DNA of 64,000 nt from Mobula hypostoma. Taxonomy: Eukaryota. This document shows, in pieces, positions 39,195-51,605 of this stretch. Below the pieces are notes generated by a model. The model made no database searches. It was not told the DNA's origin and was given only the letters and a program-made list of their open reading frames with translations. A program made the translations under genes and the position numbers. Each line of letters starts with the position of its first letter. Position 1 is the stretch's first letter. The stretch lies in contig NC_086101.1 of assembly GCF_963921235.1 (NCBI RefSeq), positions 7,566,001-7,630,000 on the forward strand, written 5' to 3'.

Positions 39195-39480
39195 GTGTTG
39201 GCGCGTGGCCAAGTGGTTACGGCGTTTGTCTAGTGATCTGAAGGTTGCTAGTTCGAGCCTTGGCTGAGGCAGCGTGTTGTGTCCTTGAGCAAGGCACTTA
39301 ACCACACATTGCTCTGCGACGACACCGGTGCCAAGCTGTATGGGTCCTAATGCCCTTCCCTTGGACAACATCGGTGGCGTGGAGAGGGGAGACTTGCAGC
39401 ATGGGCAACTGCCGGTCTTCCATACAACCTTCCAAGGTGCAAATCCATGGTCTCACGAGACAAATGGATGCCTATAATAT
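39195..39480 (+). mobile_element. tRNA-derived SINE with intact Pol III A and B boxes
   Basis: A-box TGGCCAAGTGG, B-box GTTCGAGCC, body gtgtccttgagcaaggcactta, TA-rich tail. Confidence 0.8.
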
Positions 39481-39854
39481 ATAAAAGTCAAATGGAACAA
39501 TCTTCCTCTGGGACCTAGGTGTACAACACATAAAATAATATTCACACTATATTATTAACAGATAAAAGGAAAGTTATTCTGTAGATGTACAAGTTGACAT
39601 AATATGCATATACAATTTATAGTTAGATGTACAGCAGTACAATGCTACTGCTCCTGTCTTAAACAATATGTATCAGGTGGTAGTGGGGTGTTCAGACATC
39701 TCACAGCCTGGCGGGAGAAGCTGTTACCCAGCCTAACAGTCCTTGTTCCTATTCTGCGGAACCTTCTGCCTGACGAGAGGAGGTCAAAGAGATTGTGGGA
39801 TGGATGGGAAGAGTCTTTGACAATGCTGAGGTCTATTATTTATTTTGAGTAAAA

Positions 39855-41818
39855 CCTATTTTTGAATTTAAGAAGTGTCAGGAGGAAGAAGGCAGCATAC
39901 ATGAGGTTTAGGAAGCGAGGATCAGATGGGTCTATTGAGGAATATAGGGAAGCAAGAAAGGAGCTTACGAAGGGGCTGAGAAGAGCAAGAAGGGGGCATG
40001 AGAAGGCCTTGGCGAGTAGGGTAAAGGAAAACCCCAAGGCATTCTTCAATTATGTGAAGAAAAAAGGATGACAGGAGTGAAGGTAGGACCGATTAGAGAT
40101 AAAGGTGGGAAGATGTGCCTGGAGGCTGTGGAAGTGAGCGAGGTCCTCAATGAATACTTCTCTTCGGTATTCACCAATGAGAGGAAACTTGATGATGGTG
40201 AGGACAATATGAGTGAGGTTGATGTTCTGGAGCATGCTGATATTAAGGGAGAGGAGGTGTTGGAGTTGTTAAAATACATTAGGACAGGTAAGTCCCCGGG
40301 GCCTGACGGAATATTCCCCAGGCTGCTCCATGTGGCGAGGGAAGAGATTGCTGAGCCACTGGCTAGGATCTTTATGTCCTCGTTGTCCACAGGAATGATA
40401 CCGGAGGATTGGAGGGAGGCGAATGTTGTTCCCTTGTTCAAAAAAGGTAGTAGGGATAGTCCGGGTAATTATAGACCAGTGAGCCTTACATCTGTGGTGG
40501 GAAAGCTGTTGGAAAAGATTCTTAGAGATAGGATCTATAGGCATTTAGAGAATCATGGTCTGATCAGGGACAGTCAGCATGGCTTTGTGAAGGGCAGATC
40601 GTGTCTAACAAGCCTGATAGAGTTCTTTGAGGAGGTGACCAGGCATATAGATGAGGGTAGTGCAGTGGATGTGATCTATATGGATTTTAGTGAGGCACTT
40701 GACATGGTTCCACACGGTAGGCTTTTTCAGAAAGTTAGAAGGCATGGGATCCAGGGAAGTTTGGCCAGGTGGATTCAGAATTGGCTTGCCTTCAGAAGGC
40801 AGAGGGTGGTGGTGGAGGGAGTACATTCAGATTGGAGGATTGTGACTTGTGGTGTCCCACAAGGATCTGTTCTGGGACCTGTACTTTTCGTGATTTTTAT
40901 TAATGACCTGGATGTGGGGGTAGAAGGGTGGGTTGGCAAGTTTGCAGACGACACAAAGGTTGGTGGTGTTGTAGATAGTGTAGAGGATTGTCAAAAATTG
41001 CAGAGAGACATTGATAGGATGCAGAAGTGGGCTGAGAAGTGGCAGAGGGAGTTCAACCCGGAGAAGTGTGAGGTGGTACACTTTGGAAGAACAAACTCCA
41101 AGGCAGAGTACAAAGTAAATGGTAGTGTGGAGGAGCAGAGGGATCTCAGGGTACATGTCCACAGATCCCTGAAAGTTGCCTCACAGGTTGATAGGGTAGT
41201 TAAGAAACCTTATGGGGTGTTAGCTTTCATAAGTCGAGGGATAGAGTTTAAGAGTCGCGATGTAATCATGCAGCTCTATAAAACTCTGGTTAGGCCACAC
41301 TTGGAGTATTGTGTCCAGTTCTGGTCACCTCACTATAGGAAGGATGTGGAAGCATTGGAAAGGGTACAGAGGAGATTTACCAGGATGTTGCCTGGTTTAG
41401 AAAGTATGCATTATGATCAGAGATTAAGGGAGCTAGGGCTTTACTCTTTGGAGAGAAGGAGGATGAGATGAGACATGATAGAGGTGTACAAGATCATAAG
41501 AGTAATAGATAGAGTGGATAGCCAGTGCCTCTTCCCCAGGGCACCACTGCTCAATACAAGAGGACATGGCTTTAAGTTAAGGGGTGGGAAGTTCAAGGGG
41601 GATATTAGAGGAAGGTTTTTTACTCAGAGAGTGGTTGGTGCGTGGAATGCACTGCCTGAGTCAGTGGTGGAGGCAGATACACTAGTGAAATTTAAGAGAC
41701 TACTAGACAGGTATATGGAGGAATCTAAGGTGGGGGCTTATATGGGAGACAGGGTTTGAGGGTCAGCACAACATTGTGGGTCAAAGGGCCTGTACTGTGC
41801 TGTACTATTCTATGTTCT
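39855..41818 (+). mobile_element. Young 5'-truncated CR1 LINE with a 467-aa uninterrupted RT segment
   Basis: ORF 40068..41471 has [27 protein letters not shown] and FADD. One stop precedes the C-terminal ORF 41475..41759. Tail ttctatgttcta. Confidence 0.96.
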
Positions 41819-41819
41819 A

Positions 41820-42100
41820 AGTGCTCGGAGGGCGTGGGGACGGATGCAAGGTCCGCGTTGAGGTTCATCGCCAGCCGCTGTTCCCGCGCACACACGGAGA
41901 TGGACATCCGGTGCCGCTGCTGAGTGAAGGATGCTCTTTGCTCTGCCTGAAGTCCATTGGTCTTCCAACACATCGAGATGTCTGAAAGGGAAGGTCGCTG
42001 CCTGGCACAATCCAGGTCGCAGGAGGTCAGGCTGAGGGACGCACTGAAGCTGAGCGCAGCTGATGCAGAAGTTCTGTGGGGAAGGACCACGGTTGAGGCC
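41820..42100 (+). mobile_element. Tx1-like (L1 clade) LINE ORF2 C-terminal remnant
   Basis: Translates to VKDALCSA*SPLVFQHIEMS...LRDALKLSAADAEVLWGRTTV, resembling vertebrate Tx1 ORF2 ends (recognised from memory). Confidence 0.6.
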
Positions 42101-42164
42101 CCTTTCTTTTTCTGGGGCTAAGTCCCTTGACCAGCAGCTCTCTAGCCACAGTTGGATCACTATT

Positions 42165-43970
42165 GAGTGGCTAACATTGTACCTCGGTTTAAGAAGGGAA
42201 CAAGGGAAAATCCTGGGAACTGTAGACTGGTGAGTCTCACGTCGGTTGTGGGGAACTTGCTGGAGAAAATTCTTCAGTATAGGATATATAAGCATTTGGA
42301 AGCTTATAGCCTAAACCAGCGTGGCTCTGTGCCTGGTAGGTCATGCCTTTACCAACTTCATTGAGATCTTTGACAAGGTGTCGAGAGAGATTGATGAGGG
42401 TAGGGCATTGGATGTTGTCCACATGGACTTTAGTAAGGTGTTTGATAAAGTCCCTCATGGAAGGCTAATCTAGAAGATTAAGATGCGTGGGGTCGACAGT
42501 GAGTTGGCTGTTTCAATTCAGAAATGGCTTGTACAGAGGGTAGTGGTTGAAGGAACTTATTTGAGCTGGAGGTCTGTGATTAGTGGAGTTCTACAGGGAT
42601 CTGTGCTGGGATCTCTGCTGTTTGTGATGTGTCTAAACGACTTGAATGAAAATGTAGATGAGTGGGTTAGTAAATTTGCGGACGATACCAAGATTGGTAG
42701 AGTTGTGGATAGCGTAGAAGACTAGCAAAGAATACAGCACAATATAGATCAGTTGCAGATATGGACTGAGAAATGGCAAATGGATTTAGCCAAGATAAGT
42801 GTGAGATGTTGCACCTTGATAGGGCAAATGCAAGGAGACAGTACAATGTTAAGGGCAAGATCCTTAAGTGTTGCAGAGTAGAGTAGAGAGATCTTGGGAT
42901 CTAAGTTCATAGCTCCTTGAAAGTGGCTGCACAGGCTGATAGGGTGGTTAAGAAGGCTTATGGAATGCCTGTTTTTATTAGTCGAGGCATTGCGTTCAAA
43001 AGTCAGGAAGTTATGTTGAACTTTATAAAACTCTGGTTAGACCACATCTGGAGTATTGCGTACAGTTCTGATTGCTCTGCTAAAGGAAGGTTTTGAGGCT
43101 TTGGAGGGGGTGCAGAAGGGGCTTACCTTGATGCTGCCTGGATGAGAGGGAACGTGCTATCACGAGAGGCTGGAAAAACTTGGGTTGTTTTCTCTGCTGT
43201 GTTGGAAGCTGAGGGCAGATCTGTTAGAGGTTTACAGGATTATGAGAGCCACAGATAGAGAGGATAGAGAGCATCTGTTTCCCAGGGTTGAAATGTCTAA
43301 TACCAGAGGGCATGCATTGACAGTGAGAGGGGATAGGTTTTAGAAACATAGAAAACCTGCAGTACAATACAGGCCCTTTGGCCCACAAAGCTGTGCTGAA
43401 CATGTCCCTACCTTAGAACTACCTAGCCTTCACCCATAGCCCTCTATTTTTCTAAGCTCCATGTAGCCATCCAGGAGTCTCTTAAAAAACCTATCGTTTC
43501 CGCCTCCACCGCTGCTGCCGGCCGCCCATTCCACGCACTCACCACTCTCTGCGTAAAAAAACTTAACACTGACATCTCCTCTGTACCTACTTCCAAGCAT
43601 CTTAAAACTGTGCCCTCTTGTGTTAGCAATTTCAGCCCTGGGGAAAAGCCTCTGACTATCCCCATGATCAACGCCTCTCATTATCTTCCACACCTCTATC
43701 AGTTAACCTCTCATCCTCCATCGCTCCAAGGAGATTAGCATTTAGCGGGGCGTGAGGGGCAAGTTTTTCTACTCAGAGTTGTGGACGCCTGGAAAATGCT
43801 GCCTGGTCTGGTGGTACAGGCTTTTAAGGGGTATTTGGATAGGCACATCGATGTAAGGAAGGAGGGATACGTAGGTATGAGGGTGTTTGGGAGTTTTTGA
43901 TTTACTTTTTAGCGGGTTTGGCACAACATTGTGGGCCGAATGGCCTGCTCCTGTGCTGTACTGGTCTGTG
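42165..43970 (+). mobile_element. Decayed CR1 with a nested antisense CR1 3' fragment (~43340-43730)
   Basis: Frameshifted RT motifs ([17 protein letters not shown]). The inner copy has its tail at ~43340. Confidence 0.85.
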
Positions 43971-44747
43971 TTATAAGGTTTGCAATGGCCTCACAAAGCC
44001 CTGATCAGTTGGTTAATTAGAGCTTTATTGTCACTGCTGAGGTTAACGAGATTGCAGTGTTACTCCGTTCAGAGCAAAACTGCACACTGGCAATTCAATT
44101 ACTAAAACACAATGACTACATTTAAAGTAATGTCTGAGCTGCAACTGAATTAAAAAGTTCAAAGTACATTTATTATCAAAGTATGCGGACTATAAACAAC
44201 CAATTCATCTCCTTATAGGCAGCCACAAAACAAGGGAACACAATAGATCCCATTAAGAAAAAGAAGACGGTCAAGCAAGAAAAAAGCAAATCATGCAAAC
44301 AACCAAAAGCAAAAAACAAACAACGATAAAATTAAAAGGAACAGAGGGAGAAAGATAGATAGATAGATAGATAGATAAATAAATAAGTGATGGGCATGAA
44401 CATTGACCTCTCTAACTTCTGTTAATACCACTCCTCCCCTTCGTACCCCATCCCTTATTTATTTATTATTTTTTTTTAAATTTCCCCATTTTTTTTCTCT
44501 CTCTCTTTTTTCTCCCTCTGTCCCTCTCACTATCACTCCTTGCCTGCTCTCCATCCTCTGAGCTCCCCTCCCCCTTTCTTTCTCCCTAGGCCTCCCGTCC
44601 CATGATCCTCTCCAGCCTCGTATCCCTTTTGCCAATCACCTGTCCAGCTCTTGGCTCCATCCCTCCCCCTCCTGTCTTCTCCTATTATTTCGGATCTCCC
44701 CCCTCCCCCTCTCACTTTCAAATCTCTTACTAGCTCTTCTTTCAGTT

Positions 44748-44783
44748 AGTCCTGACGAAGGGTTTCGGCCCGAAACGTCGACT
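44748..44783 (+). ncRNA. Minimal type I hammerhead ribozyme motif in a Penelope pLTR fragment (44390-44845)
   Basis: AGUC-CUGACGA-A-GGGU(UUCG)GCCC-GAAA-CGUC-GACU. Predicted cleavage after C44779. Confidence 0.75.
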
Positions 44784-45886
44784 GTACCTCTTTCCTACAG
44801 ATGCTGCCTGGCCTGCTGTGTTCCACCAGTATTTTGTGTGTGTTCCCTTTACAGAATAGTTTCACATCTGCCTCAGCCTTTTGCACAGTACTGCACATGC
44901 AGGGACAAGCCTGAGCAGACCAATGTGTACTTACATAACAAAAAAATGCCAAGGTCACTCAGCTGCAGTTTGCTAGTGCACACAAGTACACAGAGGACCT
45001 ATAATGACACACTTCCATGGTGTCAATATTTCCATTATTATCCCACCCTTTTTTAACTATTGATCCAAACTGCTGTTGCACTTCCCTACATGAGCGTGCC
45101 GTCTTGATCAGTGAAGCAAAACTGGAGGAGTATTAAACATTTTCCGTCTCAGCCACGACTGATATTATTGAGTGCACCAAGACTGGCTTTATTTTCAAGT
45201 TTCAAGATTCAAAAAACATTATTGTCATTCTAACCGTACATCAGCTCTGCAGAGATAGCGTTTCCCAGGGGCAGTGCAATCATAACATAACAAACACAAC
45301 ACTAAATAATAAACATAACAATAAATAGTAAAACACAACAGCCACATGTCAGTTAAAATCAAGTTATAAGTGTCCAGTGCAAGTTAAAAGTGTCCAACGC
45401 AGAGTCAGGTGGAGCAGCTATTTACCACGGAAGCATTACACACAGTGAAATGCATCGTTTGTGTCAACGACCATCGCAGTGCGAGGATGCGCAGGAGGCC
45501 AGCCCGCATGTGTCGCCACGCGTCTGGTGCATATGTAGCACGCCCACAACTTACTGACCCTATCACCCCCGTCTTTGGAGACCGGAGCGCCCAGGAGAAA
45601 CCCACACGGTCACGGGGAGAATGTACAAACTCCTTACAGACAGCGGAACGGATTGAACCCGGGTCCCTGGTGCTGTAATAACACTATGCTAAACACCGCG
45701 CTACCTCGTCAGCTAACGCAAATTTTGGTTTCAGATTATCAACATTTACAAGCAATTTCTTCCAGCATTCCCTGTGGGAAAAATCCTTCACACCACACAA
45801 CACGTGTGATAATACACTCAAGTACAGCTGGGATGATTAGCACAGGGACAGTGGCTGCTATCAAGCTACTGTAGTTTTCATAGATT

Positions 45887-46471
45887 ATGAGAGGATATTG
45901 CACCCAAACCAGACAGTAATGGCTGATGTAAGGATGCTCTCTATGATGGAGGTGTAGAATCACAACAGTATGTTTCGGGGAAGATGAGAGGATATTGCAC
46001 CCAAACCAGACAGTAATGGCTGACGTGAGGACGCTCTCTATGATGGAGGTGTAGAATCACACCAGTATGTTTCGGGGAAGATGAGAGGATATTGCATCCA
46101 AACCAGACAGTAATAGCTGATGTGAGGATGCTCTCTGTGATGGAGGTGTAGAATCACACCAGTATGTTTCGGGGAAGATGAGAGGATATTGCACCCAAAC
46201 CAGACAGTAATGGCTGATGTGAGGACGCTGTCTATGATGGAGGTGTAGAATCACACCAGTATGTTTCAGGGAAGATGAGAGGATATTGCATCCAAACCAG
46301 ACAGTAATGGCTGATGTGAGGATGCTCTCTGTGATGGAGGTGTAGAATCACACCAGTATGTTTCGGGGAAGATCAGAGGATATTGCACCCAAACCAGACA
46401 GTAATGGCTGATGTGAGGACGCTCTCTATGATGGAGGTGTAGAATCACACCAGTATGTTTCAGGGAAGATG
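45887..46471. repeat. Minisatellite, 97-bp unit x6
   Basis: Unit starts at 45887, 45984, 46081, 46178, 46275 and 46372. Confidence 0.97.
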
Positions 46472-47346
46472 GAATTTTACCAAGTGCCACAAGAAGTGCA
46501 TCCTCTGCCAAGCCTTTCTGTTAATGAAGATATTAAACCTTGAGTCGCCGGGGTCTCCCTCCCCATCCAGGACATATACTACACTGGCAAAGCCCTCAGC
46601 ATTATGAAGGACACCACCCATGTGTCCCGCAATTGCTTTGAAGTCCTACCATCAGGCAGAAGGTACCGCAGTATAAGAACAAGGACCATTAGAATGAGTA
46701 ACAGCTTCGTTCGCAGTCTGTTAGCCTTTGGAGTACTCCGCTTCCACTGAGTTCACATTATTAATGACAGTACCAGTGGCATTATACTGTCGTATATTTG
46801 ACTATATGTTGTATACTGTCTTTATGTCAACTTATCTATAAAATATTTTATTATCTGTTAATGTTATTTTATGTGATGTAAGTGATATACTGTACGCATC
46901 CCCGTTATGGACCGCCCCAAGCTCGGCTGCGGAAGGACGAGGACTGGGCATGGGGCTAGGAACCCCACCCTGTAAAATCTCAGTGTTACTGAAACACCAA
47001 TAGAGTTCATCCCTGGAGGAGAAAGGATCCTCGAAGATGGTCTACACTTGAATGACTGGCCCAGGGCAGAGGACTCTGCCAAGCTGCTGTCGGCACCCTA
47101 AGCATCAGCAGAGGTGACGGTTTTAAGTAACTGACATAAGTACGGTGTTATACACCGTGGTCCCAGAGGAACGATGTTTCATTTAGCTGTATACACGTGT
47201 GAGGTTGAATGACAATGAACTTGAACCAAATCACCGAGGGAAGATTCAGGTGCTCGACAGTAACCGCAGTGTGAGCATTAGATGTTAGGTGTGTGAGAGA
47301 TAGATAGATAGATATACTTTATTAATCCCGAGGCAGACCTACTTAC

Positions 47347-47508
47347 CCTGCTGTAGTGTGAGCGCAGAATGAGAAGCAGAGCTGTGGTGAGCAGCACGGC
47401 GACGGCACTGACCAGCAGGCAGAAAGCCCAGAAGAAACTCTTCAGATACTGGCTCATGTAGACATGAAAGGTGGAGAACAGGCAGCACCACGTGGCGATA
47501 TAGAAAAC
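47347..47508 (-). CDS. Coding exon with hydrophobic, likely transmembrane segments: VFYIATWCCLFSTFHVYMSQYLKSFFWAFCLLVSAVAVLLTTALLLILRSHYSR
   Basis: Acceptor tcctctgttgatcaattag|GTT and strong donor AGG|gtaagt. 162 nt, phase 0->0, no stops, non-repeat sequence. Confidence 0.8.
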
Positions 47509-48619
47509 CTAATTGATCAACAGAGGACACTGTATTAAATATATTTATACTTTTGCACAATTCCTCATCATTTGCACATTGGTTGTTTGTCAGTTTTTGT
47601 TTATGTACAATTAAGCTCCATCATATTTCTTAATCTTTTACTGAAAATGCACTTCAAAATCACGTACGATGACGTAGACTTTGAAAATGAAGTTACTTTT
47701 ACTTTGGTTTTTGAAAGGGCACACTTCCTGTGACTTTGACTTCAGCATCTCTTGTGCATCCCCTGCTTTTCATTACCCCACCAATGGCAGAGAGAACGAG
47801 GCAGCACGATTAATTAATTTATTTATTGAGATACAGCATGGAATAGGGCCTTCAAGCCGTGCCACCCAGCAATCCCCTGATTCAATTCCAGCCTAATCAG
47901 AGTACAATTCGAAACCCACGCAGCCAAGGGAAAAACGAACATCCAACTATCTATCTGCCTCTCCTCTCCCCCCTCCGTCTTCTCCCCTTCTCCTTCCCCC
48001 TTCCTCTCTTTCGCCATACCTCTCTCCTCTTTCGTGAAACTCTTTAAAGCCCACCTCTTTGAATGAATACTCTGAAACCCGAATGTCATTCCAGAACCTC
48101 TCGGCAACTTGTACAGGAGCACCATTGAGAGTACCCTGACCGGCTGTGTCACAGGTCGGTCTGCCGATTCCAATGCACAGGAGAGCAGAAGCCTGCAGAG
48201 AGTAGTGGACACACCACTGGCATATCATAGGGATGTCCCTCCCCACCGCTGACAATACCTACACGAGGCGCTGGGCATCTATCCTCAAGGACCCCACCAT
48301 CTGGGTCACGCCCTCTTCTCGCTGCTACCAGAGGGTAGTAGGCACCAAAGTGTGAAGTCCCACACTGCCAGCCATTTCCCTTCAGCTATCAGGTTCTCGA
48401 ACTGACCTGCACAACCCCAAAACCTAACTCAGCAACAGAACAGCTTGTGGGCTACCGCGGACTCATCTCAGATATTAATTTTTCTGCACGATTGACTTGT
48501 CTTTTTGCGTTTTTTGTCTTGTATAATTCACGTTCTGTGTGTTCCCTGGCCTGCTGCATTGTACCCGTACCCCACCACAGCCTTACACATAACAATCAAC
48601 ACGACCTGACAAATTTTAT

Positions 48620-49350
48620 GTGAAGTGGGACGAGGCTGTGTGCTTGGCCCCCTGCTCTACTCACTGTACACTTATGACTGTGCGGCTAAGCACAGCTCCA
48701 GTGCCATATTCAAGTTTGCTGACGACACCACTGTCACAGGCCAAACCAAAGGAGGTGATGAATCAGCGTACAGGAGAGAGATTGAAAACCTAGTGAGTGG
48801 CACCATAACAACTACCTGGGCAGTAAGACCAAGGAACTCATAGATTTCAGGTCGAGGAAACCGGAGGACCATGAACCAGTCCTCATCGGAGGGTCAGCAA
48901 ATTTCAGTTCCTTGGTGCTATCATTTCAGAGGATCTGCTCTGTGCCCAGCATTTGGAAAGCATGGCAGTGCCTCTACTTCCATAGGAGTTTATGAAGATT
49001 CAGCATGACATCTGAAACTTTGACAAACTTCTACAGATGTGTGGTGGAAAGCATATTGACTGGCTGCATCACAGCCTGGGATGGAAACACCAACGTCCTT
49101 GAATGGAAAATCCTACATAAGGTAATGAATAGGGCCCTCTCCATCACAGGTAAAGCCCTCCTTAGCACCGAGCACATCTGCACAAAGCATTGTTGCAGGA
49201 AAGCAGCATCCGTCATCTGGGACCCCTACCACCCAGGTACAGGAGCCTCATGACTCACACCACCAGGTTCAAGAACAGTTATTACCCCTCAACAATCAGG
49301 GTCTTGAACCAAAGGGGACAACTTAACTCACCCCATCATTGAAATGTTCC
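48620..49350 (+). mobile_element. Decayed Rex1/Babar-type LINE fragment
   Basis: Motifs GCVLGPLLYSLYTYDC, KFADDTT, FYRCVVESILTGCIT. Confidence 0.85.
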
Positions 49351-49354
49351 TACA

Positions 49355-50455
49355 AGTTACTAGCTTGGGTGGAGCATTGGCAGATTGGCAGAAAACAGCG
49401 AGTGGGAATAAAGGGATCCTATTCTGGCTGGTTGCCGGTTACCAGTGGAGTTCCACAGGGGTCGGTGTTGGGACCGCTGCTTTTTACGATGTATGTCAAT
49501 GATTTGGTCTATGGGATTAATTGATTTATGGCTAAATTTGTTGATGATACACAGATAGGTGGAGAAGTGGGTAATGTTGAGGAAACAGAGAGCCTGCAGA
49601 GAGACTTAGATAGTTTAGGGGAATGGGCAAAGAAGTGGCAAATGAAATACCAAGTTGGAATGTGTATGGTCATGCACTTTGGTGGAAGAAATAAATGGGC
49701 AGACTATTATTTAGATGGGTAGAGAATTCAAAATGCAGAGACGCAAAGGGACTTGGGAGTCCTTGTGCAGGATACCCTGAAGGTTAACCTTCAGGTTGAG
49801 TCGGTGGTGAAGAAGGCGAATGCAATGTTGGCATTCATTTCTAGAGGTAGAGAATATAAGAGCAGGGATGTGATGTTGAGACTCGTGAAACCACACATGT
49901 AGTACTGTGAGCAGTTTTGGGCTCCTTATTTTAGAAAGGATATACTGGCATTGGAGAGGGTTCAGAGAAGATTCATGTGAATGTTTCCAGGAATGAAAGG
50001 GTTACCGTATGAGAAATATTTAGCAGCTCTTGGGCTGTATTCCCTAGAGTTCAGGAGAATGAGGGGGGATCTCATAGAAACATTCTAAATGTTAAAAGAC
50101 CTGAACAGATTAGATATAGCAAAGTTATTTCCCATGGTAGGGGAGTCTGGGACAAGAGGGCACAAATTCAGAATTGAAGGACATCCAATTAGAACAGAGT
50201 TGCAAAGAAATTACTTTAGTCAGAGGGTGGTAAATCTGTGCAATTTGTTGTCATGAGCGGCTGTGGAAGCCAAGTCATTGGGTGTATTTAAGGCAGAGAT
50301 AGATAGGTTCTTGATTAGCCAGGGCATCAAAGGGTATGGGGTGATAGCAGGAGAGTGGGGATGACTGGAAGGATTGGATCAGCCCATGATTGAATGCCGG
50401 AACAGACTGATGGGCTGAATGGCGTACATCTGCTCCTATATCTTATGGTCTTATG
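49355..50455 (+). mobile_element. Decayed CR1 3' half
   Basis: Motifs [13 protein letters not shown] and KFVDDT. Tail tcttatggtcttatggt. Confidence 0.88.
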
Positions 50456-50609
50456 GTCAGCCGATGGAGTCAGTTTCAAGGACTCTTCATTTCATGCTCT
50501 CGATATTTATTGTTTATTTATTCATTATTATTACTTTCTTTTTGTATTTGCATAATTTGTTACCTTTTGCACATTGGTCGAATGCCAAGTTGGTGCAGTC
50601 TTTGATTAG

Positions 50610-50938
50610 ACCATAAGACATATCCACCCATCGAGTCTGCTCCGCCGTTCCATCATGGCTGATCCTGGATCCCACTCACCCCCATACACCTGCCGAATCG
50701 CCATATCCTTTGATGTCCTGACCAATCAGCAAAAGATCAACTTCCACCTTAAACATACACATGGACTTGGCCTCCACCACAGTCTGTGGCAGAGCATTCC
50801 ACAGATTTACTACTCTCTGGCTAAAAAAATTCCTCCTTAACCTCTGTTCTAAAGAGTCACCCCTCAATTTTGAGGCTGTGCCCTCTAGTTCTCAAAATTG
50901 AGGGGCAACCCTTTAGAAGAGAGGTAAGGAGGAATTTT
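50610..50938 (-). mobile_element. CR1 3' fragment whose 5' end folds back as a ~48-bp inverted duplication
   Basis: 50826-50874 is the approximate reverse complement of 50891-50938, with a 16-nt spacer. Confidence 0.85.
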
Positions 50939-51605
50939 ATATTATATTTATTATGATTCTGTTATGATTATTATTCTCTTGTGGAATTACTGAGTACGCG
51001 CAGAAGAAAATGAATCTCAAGGTTGTATACGGTGACCTATATGTACTTTGATAATAAATTTACTTTGAACTTCGACAAGAAGCAGCATATGGATTTGTTA
51101 CGGTTAACTTTTATTGCAGGGTTCTTGCAGATGTTGGAAGGCTGATGCATTTATTCCCAAGCATCTCATCATCATCTTTGGTTATACAACTGTACTTCTG
51201 CACAGTGGCAATGCTATTACAACACTGGCTGTAAGATCGGGGTTCAGTTCCCACCACTGTCTAAAGGCGTTTGTACGTTTTTCCGTGACCACGCAGGTTT
51301 CGGCCTGTTTCCTCCCACATCCCAAAGAGGGTTAGGCTAACGAGTTGGTGCGGGAAGCATGCCAACACTTGTGGGCTGCCTAGTGCAATCCTCAATGATT
51401 TGATCTGACACAAATGATGCATTTCACTGTATGTTTTGAGGTACATGTGACAAATAAAGCTAATTTTTATCCTCCACCTCAATTTAAAAAAAGATGTTGA
51501 AAAAGATTTGTAATTTTATAAATGGAAAATATCTTACCTTGTTACTCCCTAATACTTTCTATATCTTTACTATGTTAACACAATATTTGTATCTAGTCAC
51601 AAATA

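Noticed and set aside
39195..39275. tRNA gene
   Set aside because: A and B boxes are present, but the sequence continues into a SINE body and tail and lacks a clean acceptor stem or poly-T terminator.
40068..41471. Longest ORF (467 aa) as a host gene or active RT
   Set aside because: It is a 5'-truncated CR1 ORF2 lacking the endonuclease, with a premature stop.
45887..46471. Regularly spaced repeats as a CRISPR array
   Set aside because: Units are contiguous 97-bp tandem copies with no unique spacers, are LINE-derived, and lie in vertebrate DNA.
51538..51592. Small exon upstream of donor AAG|gtaaga
   Set aside because: There is no good acceptor, and longer versions contain stops.
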